A stretch of DNA of 64,000 bases from Eledone cirrhosa (taxonomy: Eukaryota): contig OZ024742.1 in NCBI GenBank assembly GCA_964016885.1, positions 234,856,001-234,920,000 of the forward strand. Direction: 5' to 3'. This document shows, piece after piece, positions 11,431 through 24,500 of the stretch. The first letter of the stretch is position 1, and each line of letters begins with the position of its first letter. The notes under the pieces were generated by a model. The model worked only from the letters and a program-made list of their open reading frames with translations, was not told the origin of the DNA and ran no database searches. Made by a program: the position numbers and the translations under genes.

Positions 11431-12384
11431 AATGTTTGCAAATGTGTGAATGAGTGTGTGTGTATGTATGTGCGTATATATATATATATATAATCATCAT
11501 CATCATCATCATCATTTAACGTCCATTTTCCACGCTAGCATGATATATAATAATAGCATTGTACTTAGAAATTAGAAAATGAACACCCACAAAACCATAT
11601 ATATGTTCTCCACCTCACCAGACAGGTAATGGAGTTGCTACTTCATACATTTAGATTTGATTCTTTATATTTCCATATTTATATTGAAAAATCTGGCCAT
11701 TATGTCTTCCAATAAAAAAAAGAAGCCAGTGCACAGATACATATAGAAAAACACAGAAACACAAGACAGATACATACATATTAAACACACAGATACATAC
11801 ATATTAAACACACACACACACATATATGTAAATGTGATTAACATGATAATAAATGAAGAGGACACAAATGCAAAATTCATTTCATCTAAGCTAAATTTTT
11901 TTCATAATCAGTTGTACATTTAGTGTTATTTTCATAACTTGGTCCATCAGTTTGAATTCTCTGTACTTGCTTCTTTTTGGAGCATCTTTGCCTTTGTAGC
12001 AGTTGATGATACTGCAACAAGTCATAGGGAATGTCCTGTTTGAATACTACTAGTACATCAACAGGCATTTTCAGCATTTTACTGACAATCCTTGATAGTT
12101 TGGCTATCTTTAACTGCACTTCCGACTATATAGTTGAGTGAGTCACAGACAGCTTTATCATTAGCTTGTTTAGCGGTTTACCATATCTATCACTGATAGC
12201 GTACTGTATTCCTTACCAAAGATACTTAACCCAATAATCTTTAAAAGAATCCAATAGTGAAATACTTATCTTCAGGTGTAATTTAGCAAAGTCAATGTAC
12301 TTTATTGTTATTGCATTAAAGAGTATGATAAAAGAGTTGGACAAGAACAGAGCATCCTCAAAAGCTTCGGTTTCTCACCACCTA

Positions 12385-12800
12385 TTGAACTCTTTCAACC
12401 TTCACCTACTGTCACGCCACCACAGTGCTGGTCAGCTCAAATGCCATGCCATTCTCTTGGGATCACTAAGAATGGCTTGGATGCCACAAGTTTCCTCTTG
12501 CAGCTTGAGGAGTTGATCTGAGCGGACAGCAAATGTTCAGATGACATCATGATTATCTAAGACATGACATGTAATGACACTTCTTCCAGCAGCAACCTGG
12601 TGCAATTGGCAACAGACCCAGGACCGATCCAGGTTTCGTTGCCCAACAAGCTCAAGATCGCAAGCTGTTGAAGTATCAGCTGCTTTTCAACAAGTTTGTT
12701 ATTGAACCTGTAGCAGTGGAGACGTTTGGCATTCTGGATCCCCATACTACCACCCTACTTGCTGTTACTTTTGGGATAATGCTATCGCCATTCTGTCTGC
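12385..12800 (+). mobile_element. Decayed CRE-like non-LTR retrotransposon, restriction-like endonuclease region
   Basis: FVIEPVAVETFGILDP motif and HLLS/CHA-type remnants, similar to the better-preserved copies at 36000-36545 and 56480-57195. Confidence 0.5.
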
Positions 12801-13299
12801 TGAGACCATAACATGGCTTGTGTCTGGGGTTTTGCATACCAGAGAGTGTTCTCCCAGACTGTCTGGGTTTGTATCATTAGGATAGTGATGATATAAGTTG
12901 ATATCTATGACAACTGTCAACACACTCACACATGCATGCACACACGCACCTATAGTTCTGATAGTAATTGATCTACTGTCAGAGTAAGAAATCTTGTCAA
13001 AGGTATCCTAAAGGTTAATTTCTTTCCAAGTTTTCTCAGGTAAAATGAACTGAACATAATTCGATGGTCATGCTCTACAAGCGGAATTGTGTGGATCAAT
13101 AGGGATGATAGGTACATATACAGAGTAATGAAAAAATTTGGATAGTGACAAGAACAAATTTTAGTAATTCATTGACTTCCAAGTTGTCTGTATAAACACT
13201 GAAGTCAAACTCGTTAAATCTGTCATACTTTTAATAATTGCATTTTATTAAAAGTTTCTATCTTCAAACATCAAAGATATATGACATGATGTTTCTGGT

Positions 13300-13460
13300 G
13301 GACTGGGTTGACAGAATCATTAGAGTGTCAAACAAAACCTGGTTCTTTATAGTCTGTGTTCAAATTCTGTCAAGTTTGACTTTGACTTTCATTTTCCGGG
13401 GTTGGGGACACAAAAAGTATCAGCCAGGTACTTGAGTTGATATCAACTATTCTTTTACCA
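13300..13460 (+). mobile_element. Old diverged SINE related to family A
   Basis: GTTCAAATTC B-box and GACTTTGACTTTCATTTTCCGGGG core variant. Confidence 0.5.
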
Positions 13461-14529
13461 GCTGTGTACCTATGTAAGGAATTAGTATTATCATAGTCTT
13501 ATTTTCATTGCATTCTGTTACAGCTCTGTGTGCCTTGGGTATGTGCAGTATTGTTTTTTGCTATTGTATTGAAAGTACTCTTCATACAATGTGCAGTACC
13601 TAGTAGTGTTATTTCTGTATGTTGTACATATTTGTAAGTCCTGGGGTTTTGGTCATGTATCTGTCTTATTTTTTTTAATCATTTCCAGAGCACCTATTAT
13701 AAGGAGTGTGTCTGTTTTCTTTATCCACATTCGGGTTATGTCTACCTCCAGATCTTCATATTTGGATAATTTCCCAATTTATTTGATAGATATATTGTCA
13801 TAATGATTAGCACTTAACCCAGTTTTATTGTGTCAAATAGACAAGAGATACCTTGACAGAACATTAGCTATCTTAGGTGATATTTCTGGAAAATGATATA
13901 TCTATTGCCAAAATCCTAACTAACTGTATCCAGCCAGAACTCTCTGACCTCTTTCTGTTCAAACCGGCTGTAACTGGCCACTCATACTGATGTTATGGTA
14001 TTGTTCTCAAAATAAATAACATTAAAATCTCATAGATTCGATATTATGAGGTAAAGCTTTTACCATGAAAAAACAATAGTAAATATAGAGTAATGTAAGT
14101 GCTAAAGGGTTAAAGACACTTTCTCTGCTAAATCAGGGGTTTTAGCCTGATGGGACCCATGAGAGACTTAATCATGAGGTATTTTTTTTAGATAGTGTTG
14201 TACAGCTAGATGCTTCTCCTGGCATCAACCTTTTTAGTCACTTCTTATGACATGCAGGGATAAACAAGATAAGCAGATTCTATAATCTATATGCTTCTAA
14301 AAATGTACACTTATTACCTATAAACTATTAATCTGATGCCTTACTCACTGACTGTTGATACAGAGTAGCTGTGAATTAATTTTACTTTTAGATACTGCAC
14401 CAACAAAAGCTACCATCTGCAAAGGCTACCATCTGCTAGATGCGACTCATTAATTTCTGGTAATCATTACTGCTTTTCAGTTGTGTGGGCTCTTCAAAGG
14501 CAAACAAACCAATTAAGAAATTTGTGCAT

Positions 14530-14662
14530 CACAGAATCAATAGAGAGTTGGATAAAATGTTCTGGCACTTTACTTTCTGAGTTTAAATCCCACTGAAGTC
14601 AACTTAGCATTTCATCCTTCTGGGGCTCAATAAAATAAAGTACCAGTCCAGTACTGAGGTTG
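14530..14662 (+). mobile_element. Old diverged SINE related to family A
   Basis: CTGAGTTTAAATCC...TTTCATCCTTCTGGGG...TAAAATAAAGTACCAG. Confidence 0.6.
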
Positions 14663-15790
14663 GTTCTTCCTTTGTATCACCTTTTCTCTCTTTCTGTGTT
14701 GGTGTATTGACACAACTCATAAGTTTTGTCAATACACCAACAAGAACATCAGCCTGATTTAATGCTATTTAAATTTTATTGGTAATTTCATTTAATGTCT
14801 AAAGTTTTATACTACATATCATGCACCAATTATTAGTCTTTTTTTTAGCCATACTACAGGAGATTGTTATAGATGATTACACTTCTGATGCCTAATCGAC
14901 AGAGTTACACAGTACTAAAATATAGGTGTACCATTCTTGTAGCTGTTTTAGTAAAACATTAATATGAAAGTGGGAGAAAGTAATATGTAGTATTTCTTTT
15001 CAGTGAAACAGAGACAAGATAAATACACAGTATATAAGAAAAAGTGACTTTACCTAGTAAATGATGACCTAGAAAAGGTGTTTAACAGAATCTGCTCATG
15101 GTAAGAATTCAGAAAGCTGAAAATGGGTGAGGACTCATAAGTACTGTTCATATCTTGTATAAGAGGGCTGAATGTTAGTTCTGATTTAGCATTATATTTA
15201 GGGAGAAGATTAAGGGCTGAGGTAAGAATGCACCAGAGCTTCCTTCACTCTTAATATTTTCATTTTCTGATGGAATTTTCAATTAAGTATTTGTGTGACT
15301 GAATGTCTGTCTATTGGGATGTTTATAAGGACTATACATGAAAACCTAATTTAAGTAGCGAGATAAATTTGATAAAATAGAGAAGCTAAATTAGATTTAT
15401 TAAGTGACATATTGGTTATCATTAAAAGTGTTAAGCACCTAAAAGCATCCCAATATGTAAGTAAATGAAAATTGTGTAAATTTGTTTAGATGTTTTGCAA
15501 CCAGATGACTGTGAATTGGATCAAAGATTGAATTGAAATGACAATTTGCATTGAGAGAGATAACCAAACTGAATGTAAAGAAGTTGTACGGGTCATATAT
15601 ACAGAATTACTACAATTAGCAGCAATAACATTGTAAATGAAAATATTGAGGAAAGAGATCTGATATATGAAAAGAGTTTATGGAATTATCATAAAAAAAG
15701 TAGCAGAACAATCATCTAGAGGGCAGCATAAGCAGACAGATATGAAGATTATCAGCTTGAGTAACTACACTTCCATATTACTTTAATAAT

Positions 15791-15975
15791 TGTTTCTACT
15801 TTTGGCACAAGGCCAGCAATTACCCAGTGCATTACTGGTACTTTATTCTATCGACCCAGTAAGGATGAAAGGTAAAGTTAACCTCAACGGGATTTGAACT
15901 CAGACCATAAAGGGGCGTAACTATGCTAGAAAGCATGGCGTGCAACCGTCTACCGATACTGCCAATTCACCGCCC
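15791..15975 (-). mobile_element. Full-length SINE family A with 16-bp TSD
   Basis: ATATTACTTTAATAAT at 15775-15790 and 15977-15992. Confidence 0.92.
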
Positions 15976-16290
15976 TATATTACTTTAATAATGGAAAGTA
16001 TTATATTGCTGTCACTAACCAAGATAACAGAAACAGACCAATATGAATATTATTGACTTGAGTAACTTCACTTCACTATTTCTTTAATAATTGAAGGTAT
16101 TATATATAGCTGTCACTAACCCGGCTTGGATTAGCCAAGAGACTCTGCAGTTATTTATTCAACCATAAATATAATAAATGTAGTGACAAAATGATGTAGC
16201 CTAATAACACATACGTACACTAAAACACTCATAGGTCAGTTTTCAATGTTGACATGGGTTGAATACATATGTATGAAAGAAAAATTTATA

Positions 16291-16586
16291 CCTATATATA
16301 TATAAAAATGAGGATGTCTGTCTGTGTGTGTGTGAGTTTGAATCCGTAAAACGAGAGAAGCACCCAACCGACTGTTTTCAAACTTTACATATGTAATACT
16401 TATGTTCCAGGGAGTGTTCTGAGCAAAAAGAATTTCAAATTTTCAATGCCCTAGGGACCGCATTAGGCGATTTAGCGATCTCTCTATAATTCTTAGTCTT
16501 TCTCTTTTTAGATAGATACATACATATAACGTCGCGCCCTTATAATATCTGTCTGTATGTCTGCATTACGTCACTTCCTTGAGGAT

Positions 16587-16618
<32 letters not shown>

Positions 16619-17199
16619 TTGAATCCCTAAAACTCGAGAAGTACCCAACCGATTTTTTTCAAACTTTACATGTGTATTACTTATGTTTCAGGGAGTGTTA
16701 TGCAAATAAAAAAATTTGACTTTTTTTATCTCCTAGGGCCCACATTAGGTGAAAAACTGCGTTGTTTAACATTTTTAGGGGTTTTTTGAGGCGTTACGTC
16801 AGACCGATTTCCTTGAAATTGTAACTATGTATTAGTCAGTCTCTTCATACCATGAGCAAAGAAAATCCAACTTTTTTATGGCCTAGGGCCCACATTAGGT
16901 GAAAAACTTCATTTTTTCAGCTTTTTAGCGCTTTTTGGAAGCGTTACATCTAGCCAATTTTGCCGAAATTTCAAGGCATATTATGCACATAAAAAAAATT
17001 TATTTTCATGATCCCCTAAGTGAAAACCTGCATTTTTCCTGCTTCATCGAGGAAAATCTTAAAGATTATCCAGCCATCAGAGTATTCGGTTTATTTTCTT
17101 AAAATATTATCCTGGCATGCAGTTTTTCCACGATTAGGTCTGTTGGTGGCCCACGTTCCAAAATACCTTATCTTGTGTAACGCCAGGTACTACTGCTAG
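16291..17199 (+). mobile_element. Non-autonomous Helitron
   Basis: 5' end CCTATATATATATAAAAATGAG (TC variant), 3' end ...TACTGCTAG|T. The 5' module is duplicated internally. Same family as 62521-63484. Confidence 0.75.
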
Positions 17200-17439
17200 T
17201 ACATATATAAATCTGTGTATCCTGGTTTTTAGAACATGTACACCATATCCTTGTGTGTCATAAGAAGCAACTCAAAGGATTGGCATCAGAAAGGATGCCC
17301 AGCTGTAAAACAGCCTCAACCATTCCATTCAAACCCATGCCAGCATGGAACGGTGCACATTATTATAAGTTTCACATTCTACCATGATGTGTGTGTGCAT
17401 GCATATATGAGGTGTCTTTGCAGCATCCTGTAGATCCAC

Positions 17440-17890
17440 TCAAGATAAATTCCCTGACACTGAAGTATTTCAATAAGCCAACAACCCAAGCTCTTTCAGA
17501 AAGCCAATGATATGGAGTGGGCATGTCAGTTGCACGTCAGACCAGCACATTCCAAAACAACTCTTCTATGGCAAATTATGTCAGGAAAAGTGTGCTGTTA
17601 GAGGACAAAAGAAGAGATTAGAAGACTGCATAAAAGTATTTTTAAAAGACATCAAGATTGCAGTAGACTCCTTGGAGCTGTTTGCCCAAAACAAACACAA
17701 CTGGTGCAGTCTGATTCACACTGCTGCTGAGAAGAAGCATTCACTGCAAAGCTGGAGCCACCATTACTTATGTGCTAGATACACCTTTCTATACATGTGG
17801 GAAAGGATTCCTAGCCCAAATAAGTTGTCTTCAGACTAAACATACATGCCAATCCTAAGTATTGTTATCTTTGACAACAAAGGACAAAGA
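17440..17890 (+). mobile_element. RTE/BovB-like LINE 3' fragment
   Basis: WSGHV...HIPKQLFYGKL...RGQKKRLEDCIK, typical of the RTE-BovB C-terminus. Confidence 0.75.
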
Positions 17891-18349
17891 AGGAAGGATA
17901 CACACAGAAAAAGAAGAGTGCATTATTTTCATATATTAGATTGCATTCAGTGGCAACTGTATACCCATATATTTTATAGTGAATGTAATGTGCAGTGTAC
18001 TTCTATAGTAAGTGCACTGTACAATTTATACAATAATTCCAATTTTTTTACTACTTATAAGACTAATCAATCATTACGGAGTGATAAAGCAGCTTTGTAT
18101 TGAAACAGATAATTGTATGTATTGAGCAATACATAAACCACAATTATAAAGTCCAGCAGATACATCATCTATGTCTTTAGATGATAACAACAGCAAAATA
18201 AGATTAAAAAAATTAAAGTTCAAATAATCATTATTTCCTCTACAGAATAGCTGCAAAAAAATTATCCAGACATACACTGGACATTTTTCTCTTTGTAAAC
18301 CTAAAGAACAGAGGAGAGAGGGACTATCACAATCTTCTTTTATATATCT

Positions 18350-20030
18350 GTTACTGGTGCCATGAAGAAGTTCTTCCTCCAACATTGCAGTCTGAAATTC
18401 CCCTGCCTCCAATCCAGAGTCATCTTCAAGAACATCCTTCAGCGTAGTGGTTGGTCTTCCAACTCATCTTCATACATCAGGTTTCTAGAAAAGAACTCTG
18501 CCAACAGGTTCAATGTGACATTTCACATGTTTGGCTAATGCAAGCCTCCCACACCTTATGATGTCAGAAAGGCGAAAGTGTGAGCCGTAGTGATTTATTT
18601 GCTATGTGTGTTCTCCAGGATATGTTTTGGACCTTTTTCAGCATTTGTATGAATGTGCCATTAATCCTCTTTGTGAGTGTTTTGTTAGTGTCCATGACTC
18701 ACATCCATAGAGGAGAATGGACTCGACCACTGATTTGAATAGCCTCATTTTCATGGTTTTCCAGAGCAGAGACACCCACACCTTTGATAGGGAGTTGAGT
18801 CCTCCATGCCTTGCCTATCCTGGTGTCAACATTGTGCTCTGAGTTCATAAAACTGCCAAGGTATGAGAAGTCATCCACTTTCTCAATCTCCAAACCGTCC
18901 AGCGCATGCATTTGTTTATTTGATGTTGCATTGAGATGCATGCATTTTGTTAGCATTCAAGAAGAGTCCAATCGATAGCACTGCAGCCTCCACTCTGTGT
19001 AACAATTTTCAGCTTCTGTGCAGGTGTTTTCCAGGAGAGCTATGTCATCTGTGTAAGCCATTTCACTTAGAACTTCCTCCAGATGTAATGACTTTTCAGC
19101 ATTATTCTGTCTGATGGTGCAATGGCATTTGCACAGTGCATAATCAAGACATATCACAAAAAGGAAAGGGACTAGAGGATCTCCCTGGAGAACTCAGGTC
19201 TGAGTTTTCCTCGGGTGTCATTACAAGTGCTGAAGTATTCTCATACATAACTAAGTGCATTCATGATCTGATGAGGTATCACATATGCAAGAAGAATTTT
19301 TAGCATCTTCTTTCGGTTGATTGAATCAAAAGCCTTCTTGAAATCTATGAATACAATTGCAGCTTCTTTCTTGTGATTCTGTACCTGCTCAAAACAATCG
19401 TTCTTAGAGCCAAGATGTGTGAAGTAATAGAGTGAAATAACCAAAACCATTTTCACTGTGACGTAGAATGTTGTCAATATATGGTTTGGTGTTATTGTAA
19501 GTCTTTACTGCAATTTGCATAAGATTGATGCCTCATAGTTGATGTAAATGGTTAAGGTCCTTTCTTGGGTATTGGCACTATTCCTGATATTCCCCATTCC
19601 TCAGGCCTGTGTTCTTTAAAGGTTTTGATGCAGAAGTCTCTTAGAAACTTGTGAGCTTTGGGTAGTTTCCATAGGTCTGCAGTTGCCTAGTTTCATTGCC
19701 TATAGTGCTTTGTTCACCTTTTCTATGGAGAACTCAGTGACGCTTATCTCTGGATGGACTTCAAATACTGTGTCAATCACTACATCTGGCTCACAATTAT
19801 TGTCAGCTGATAGGAATTTGTGAAAGTGGCCCCTCCAAATCACTAGATGGTCTTCCCTTGGATTTATATCACATTCTTCTTTTTCTTCTTCTTACGAGAA
19901 AGTTCTTTTATCAGCTTCCAAGATTCTCTGGGTGTCTTGTAGTTACTATTCTTAAAATTAGCCTGAGTTTGGTTAATTCTTTCATCCTCCAGATGGTTGA
20001 AAGTATAGTACTAAATTATCTGGTGATGCT
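18350..20030 (-). mobile_element. Decayed RTE-type LINE RT region
   Basis: Fragments IVFIDFKKAFDSI, MAYTDDIALL and EKVDDFSYLGS in order, separated by frameshifts. Confidence 0.8.
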
Positions 20031-20967
20031 GTACATCTGAAACTGTAGATTTAACAATCAATGAACTTTAAATTTCTATGATGTTACTACATATTATCTT
20101 AGTCTTGTTAGATAGTGGTCAAATAGTGAATTTAGTAAAAAGAAGTTCCATAGCAAATTTAATGGATGGGGTTAAATTATAAAATAATATATCCATTTAA
20201 CCTGGATCATTCTGCACATGGTTTCTAACTTCTCAGCCAATGCAAAGGCACAGTGACTGCAAAGGCACTGATTGGGAGTTAAAACCTTACTATTATAGCC
20301 AGATTGAAAAAAAACACAATTGTTTCAAAGATACCCAAAGTTAAAGAAGTATTTTAAGAAGCAGAAATAACAGCACACCTGACAAAATGTATTTCAATAT
20401 TTAATTCTATCTCTGTCAATATTTAATTCTATCTCTCCAGAATCCAAGTTCAAAATTTCACCAAAAACTCTAGGGTGGCTACATGCTTAACACTACACCA
20501 GTTGGAATTAATGATAGCTCTATCAACTTAAGAGGCTCATAGAAGGATTAAATTAAATAAGAATGGTTGTAAGGATAAGGCATTGAAATAATAAATTCGA
20601 AACTGTACTACTACAGTTATTGTATTGCACCCACTGAGCATGACAATACCTTTTGTGACACAATCTGCCTGTTTACACACACACAAAAAAAAAGCCCCAT
20701 CTATCTAATTGGCTTTCTGAAACAAGCTTAGGTTGTTGGCTTATTGAAATACTTCAGTGTCAGGGATTTTATCCAAGTGGATCTAAAGGATGCTGCAAAG
20801 ACACTATGTACTCATAAGGTTGTGTTTTATATTTCCAAAATAGGTGATTCCCATAAATTCATGTAAGATGTTTTGATACTTGTTCAAGAAGTGGTGCCAA
20901 TCAAAATTACACTTTGTTCTATTACTCATTAGATAAAGTCATCAGAAATATGGTTTGATCATATTAT

Positions 20968-21532
20968 GCCATGCTTTGATGCATAGAGTTACGGCCCTTG
21001 CCATTCTGAGTTCAAATCCCGCCGAGGTTAACTTTACCTTTCATCCTTACAGGGTCGATAAAATAAAGTACCAGTAATACACTGGGTAATTGCTGGCCTT
21101 GTGCCAAAAGTAGAAACAATTATTTAATTAGATAAATGGTGGTGAATTGGCAGTATTGGTAGAGGGTCAAACACGCTTTCCAGCATAGTTACGTCCCTTT
21201 ACAATCTGAGTTCAAATCCCGCTGAGGTTAACTTTGCCTTTCAACCTTACGGGGTCGATAAAATAAAGTACTAGTAATGTACTGGGTAATTGCTGGCCGT
21301 GTGCCAAAAGTAGAAACAATTATTTAATTAGATAAAAGGCGGTAGATTGGCAGTATCGGTAGAGGGTCGGACGCCATGCTTTGCAACATAGAGTTGCGGC
21401 CCTTTATGATCTGAGTTCAATTCCTGCCGAGGTTAACTTTGCCTTTCATCCTTACGGGGGTTGATAAAATAAAGCACCATAACTGCACTGGGATAATTGC
21501 TGGCCTTGTGCCAAAAGTAGAAAAAATTATTT
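20968..21532 (+). mobile_element. Head-to-tail array of three SINE family A copies
   Basis: Units at ~20968-21123, ~21138-21323 and ~21338-21530, each followed by TTAATTAGA(T/A)AAA. Confidence 0.9.
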
Positions 21533-24500
21533 AATTAGAAAAAAAAAAAGATAATTTTCTTCAGGTTTACTCTAATTCGCTTCTTGAATATTTCAATTTG
21601 CATTGAGTTTAATTTAATTAACTTCAAGATTATTTCAATTTGTACTTTAAAAGGTGTAGAAGGCAAATTATAAACTGGGATTTTTGTTTGTTTATTATCA
21701 TAACTTGCCTTTTAAATCGATGAGAGGCGAGTGTCTAATTTTCAAAAAGATATTGACAAATATTGTATATTTGATATATATAAAATTATTTCTAAAGTTC
21801 TAACTCTTTCTTTGCCTGTTATAGGTGAGAATTCATACTAGACAGTTTATTTTAAAAAAAAAACCAACACTAGTGGGATATTATACAATAATATCCCATC
21901 TAAAAATTATAAAATCCCATCTAAAAATTATATATTTTATATCCTGCTGATATAGTATATGTATTTGCATATCCATCCATGCAAGAATGTAAAGATAAAC
22001 TACAACAAAACAAAACGAATTTTAAGATGGAAAAAATTCCAAATTCTTTTGGAAGGTTTCTTTGAAAATGTTTGAAATGGTTAGAATTGGTAATTTTATG
22101 AATTATGATTACAAAGATGGTGGTATGTAGCTGAATATATAAATATTCTAACAAAAGTTTTGAACATTTTCATCATTGGTGGTATTGATGGAGCTAAATG
22201 ATGAAATAGATCAAGAATAAAATATACAATTTAATACTTAACAGATGTATAATTCTGAGAAATTTTGGGAGAAGTTTCATAATCCATTGGTTCATTGAAT
22301 TATCTCAAAAGATTTCTACTATTACTGTTTCTTTTATTACTCGTCTCTCTCTCCCTCACACATACACACACATTTTTTCCTCCTCTCTGCCAACCTCTTA
22401 CCACAAGCACTCTGGTTCTTCCATCATACTCTCAACTCTCATTGTCTCTACTCACCCACCCTGTTTCTTCTTCTATACATCCTCTCGGGTCACATTGATT
22501 CAAGTGGAGAGAGACAATGGAGATCAGTGAGTACTCTTTAGACTTGTGTGACACAAAGCAACCCCACTAGTGCTGGGGCCACAATAAAATGCACCCAGTA
22601 GAGTCAAGAGGAACCTGCAGAGAACATAATCTCTCTTGTGCTGGTGCCACATTATAAAGTGGTTGGTGTTAAGAAGAATATCCAGCTAGAACGTACAAGC
22701 AAAATGTGGTCTGCCGACCTGTCTAGGAGGGCAGTAACTCCAAATAGGAATTGACTTAGATAGTGATGACCTGTCTAACTGATGTCAGCATGGAAAGTGG
22801 ACATAAAATGAGGAAGATAGTGATGATTTCATCTTTTGGAGTCTATATTGAGCAAGACCATCCTTCTCCAAGCTATATACAAGGAAATATTTGAATGCAG
22901 CACAGAAAACTAAAATAAAAACTGCTATCACTTACACTGTATCTCATTGCTTTGTGGTGAACTGCTTCTTCTCACAATAGCTATTTTACAACTAAGAAAG
23001 TTGAAGCAGCAAGGGAGGTAAATGGCTTTCCATAACTCAGTCTCTTAACTGGTGACCCAACATCCTATAAACTCAACCATCCTTATATGTAACAGAGAAC
23101 TCACATTGACAATTTATTTCTTGTGATTATTATTATAGTTTCAACCCTGGTCATACCTAATTCCACAGAATTGTGATCATACTACCTTTTTTTTTTTATA
23201 TTCAGGACTATATTATCCAAAGTGTTTAGCTCCTTTAAATGGAAAGCTGGGATTGGAAAGAGATTTGATTTATTTCTAGCAGGTAAAGTGTCCATACAGA
23301 GATTGCATTTTTGGCTCTGAAACCAAATTGGCCTTTAAAAGAAATGGTCTCCTATATTTCTCAGGGATCCTTAGGTCAACTCTTAGTTCCTGCTTCATGC
23401 AGTTAAGTGGATAAAGAGTAAATCTCTGAGGGATAACAAACCAGTCTTTCACAGGTAACATTATAACTCAATGAGCTGAGAAGTATAACATTAACCCTAA
23501 ATATGGTAAGGAAAGAGTTAAATGTCGTGCTTAAATACAGAACAAAACACAAGACCTATAAACTGATAGCAATTCCGTCATTGCGCTAACAGATGAGCTT
23601 TTGATTCCAGAGTCGAGTATGATCAATACAGATCGAACATTGAGCTGATCAATTGCAAAACACGTCACATTTCAATATACGTAATGAAAATTTGACACCT
23701 TGTCCATCATCATCATCATCATCATTTTACGTCCACTTTTCCCTGCTTGCAAGGGTGGGACGGGAACTATTATTATTAATATAATTAACTTAGCATTAAT
23801 TACAGCAAGTTTGAAGCATCATTATTGTTCTTATGTTTGTGAGATCCATAACATAATATTGCTCACATATCTGGTACAGTGCTGCTGTGACACAAATATC
23901 ATAGCCTGCATTCAAAAAGCCAGCCAGCCTACTAGCCAATTCACAAAGCCTTGCTCACCAAAACACTACAACTTCTAGACCAGAGATGCAATGTCACCTC
24001 ATGCTGCCTATAGCTAATACGAAGACTCCTGATCCTCAGAACTAGGTAGCTGCCTACCCACATCACCCTACTATAGTCATCTTTCCTCCATGCATGGTCC
24101 TTACTGTGCACTGAACTCTAGAAACAGCATTAGCTACTTAATCATTCTTTCTCAAAATGTCAGCTGTGTGGAATATCCAGTCAGCTGACATTTTTCCTGG
24201 AGATGTTTAAACTAAGTATCAACTGTTTCCATCTCACCAGTTTCAATTGGTTTACAGAGATAATAGGCACTGCCACTTTTTCCTAACTAAATCTTCTTAA
24301 AAAAAACAAAGAATGAAGATCACAACACCCCATTGCAGTTCTGAAGCCACATAAACCTATTTTTAAGAGCCAGTCCTAATATTCATAGAATCATTCAAGA
24401 TGAGGAAAAATCAATAATCTATAAGGACCTAGCCACACAGTCCAAGTAGTTTCATTTACAGTAGGCAGAAACGTCTATTTTGGAAATGAATAGAAAAAAA

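Noticed and set aside
11886-12119. 77-aa ORF as a host exon
   Set aside because: No convincing splice sites or recognisable homology, and it lies upstream of the start-codon exon. Possibly decayed TE.
20968-21532. CRISPR-like or satellite array
   Set aside because: Eukaryotic context; the units are whole SINEs with a constant spacer.
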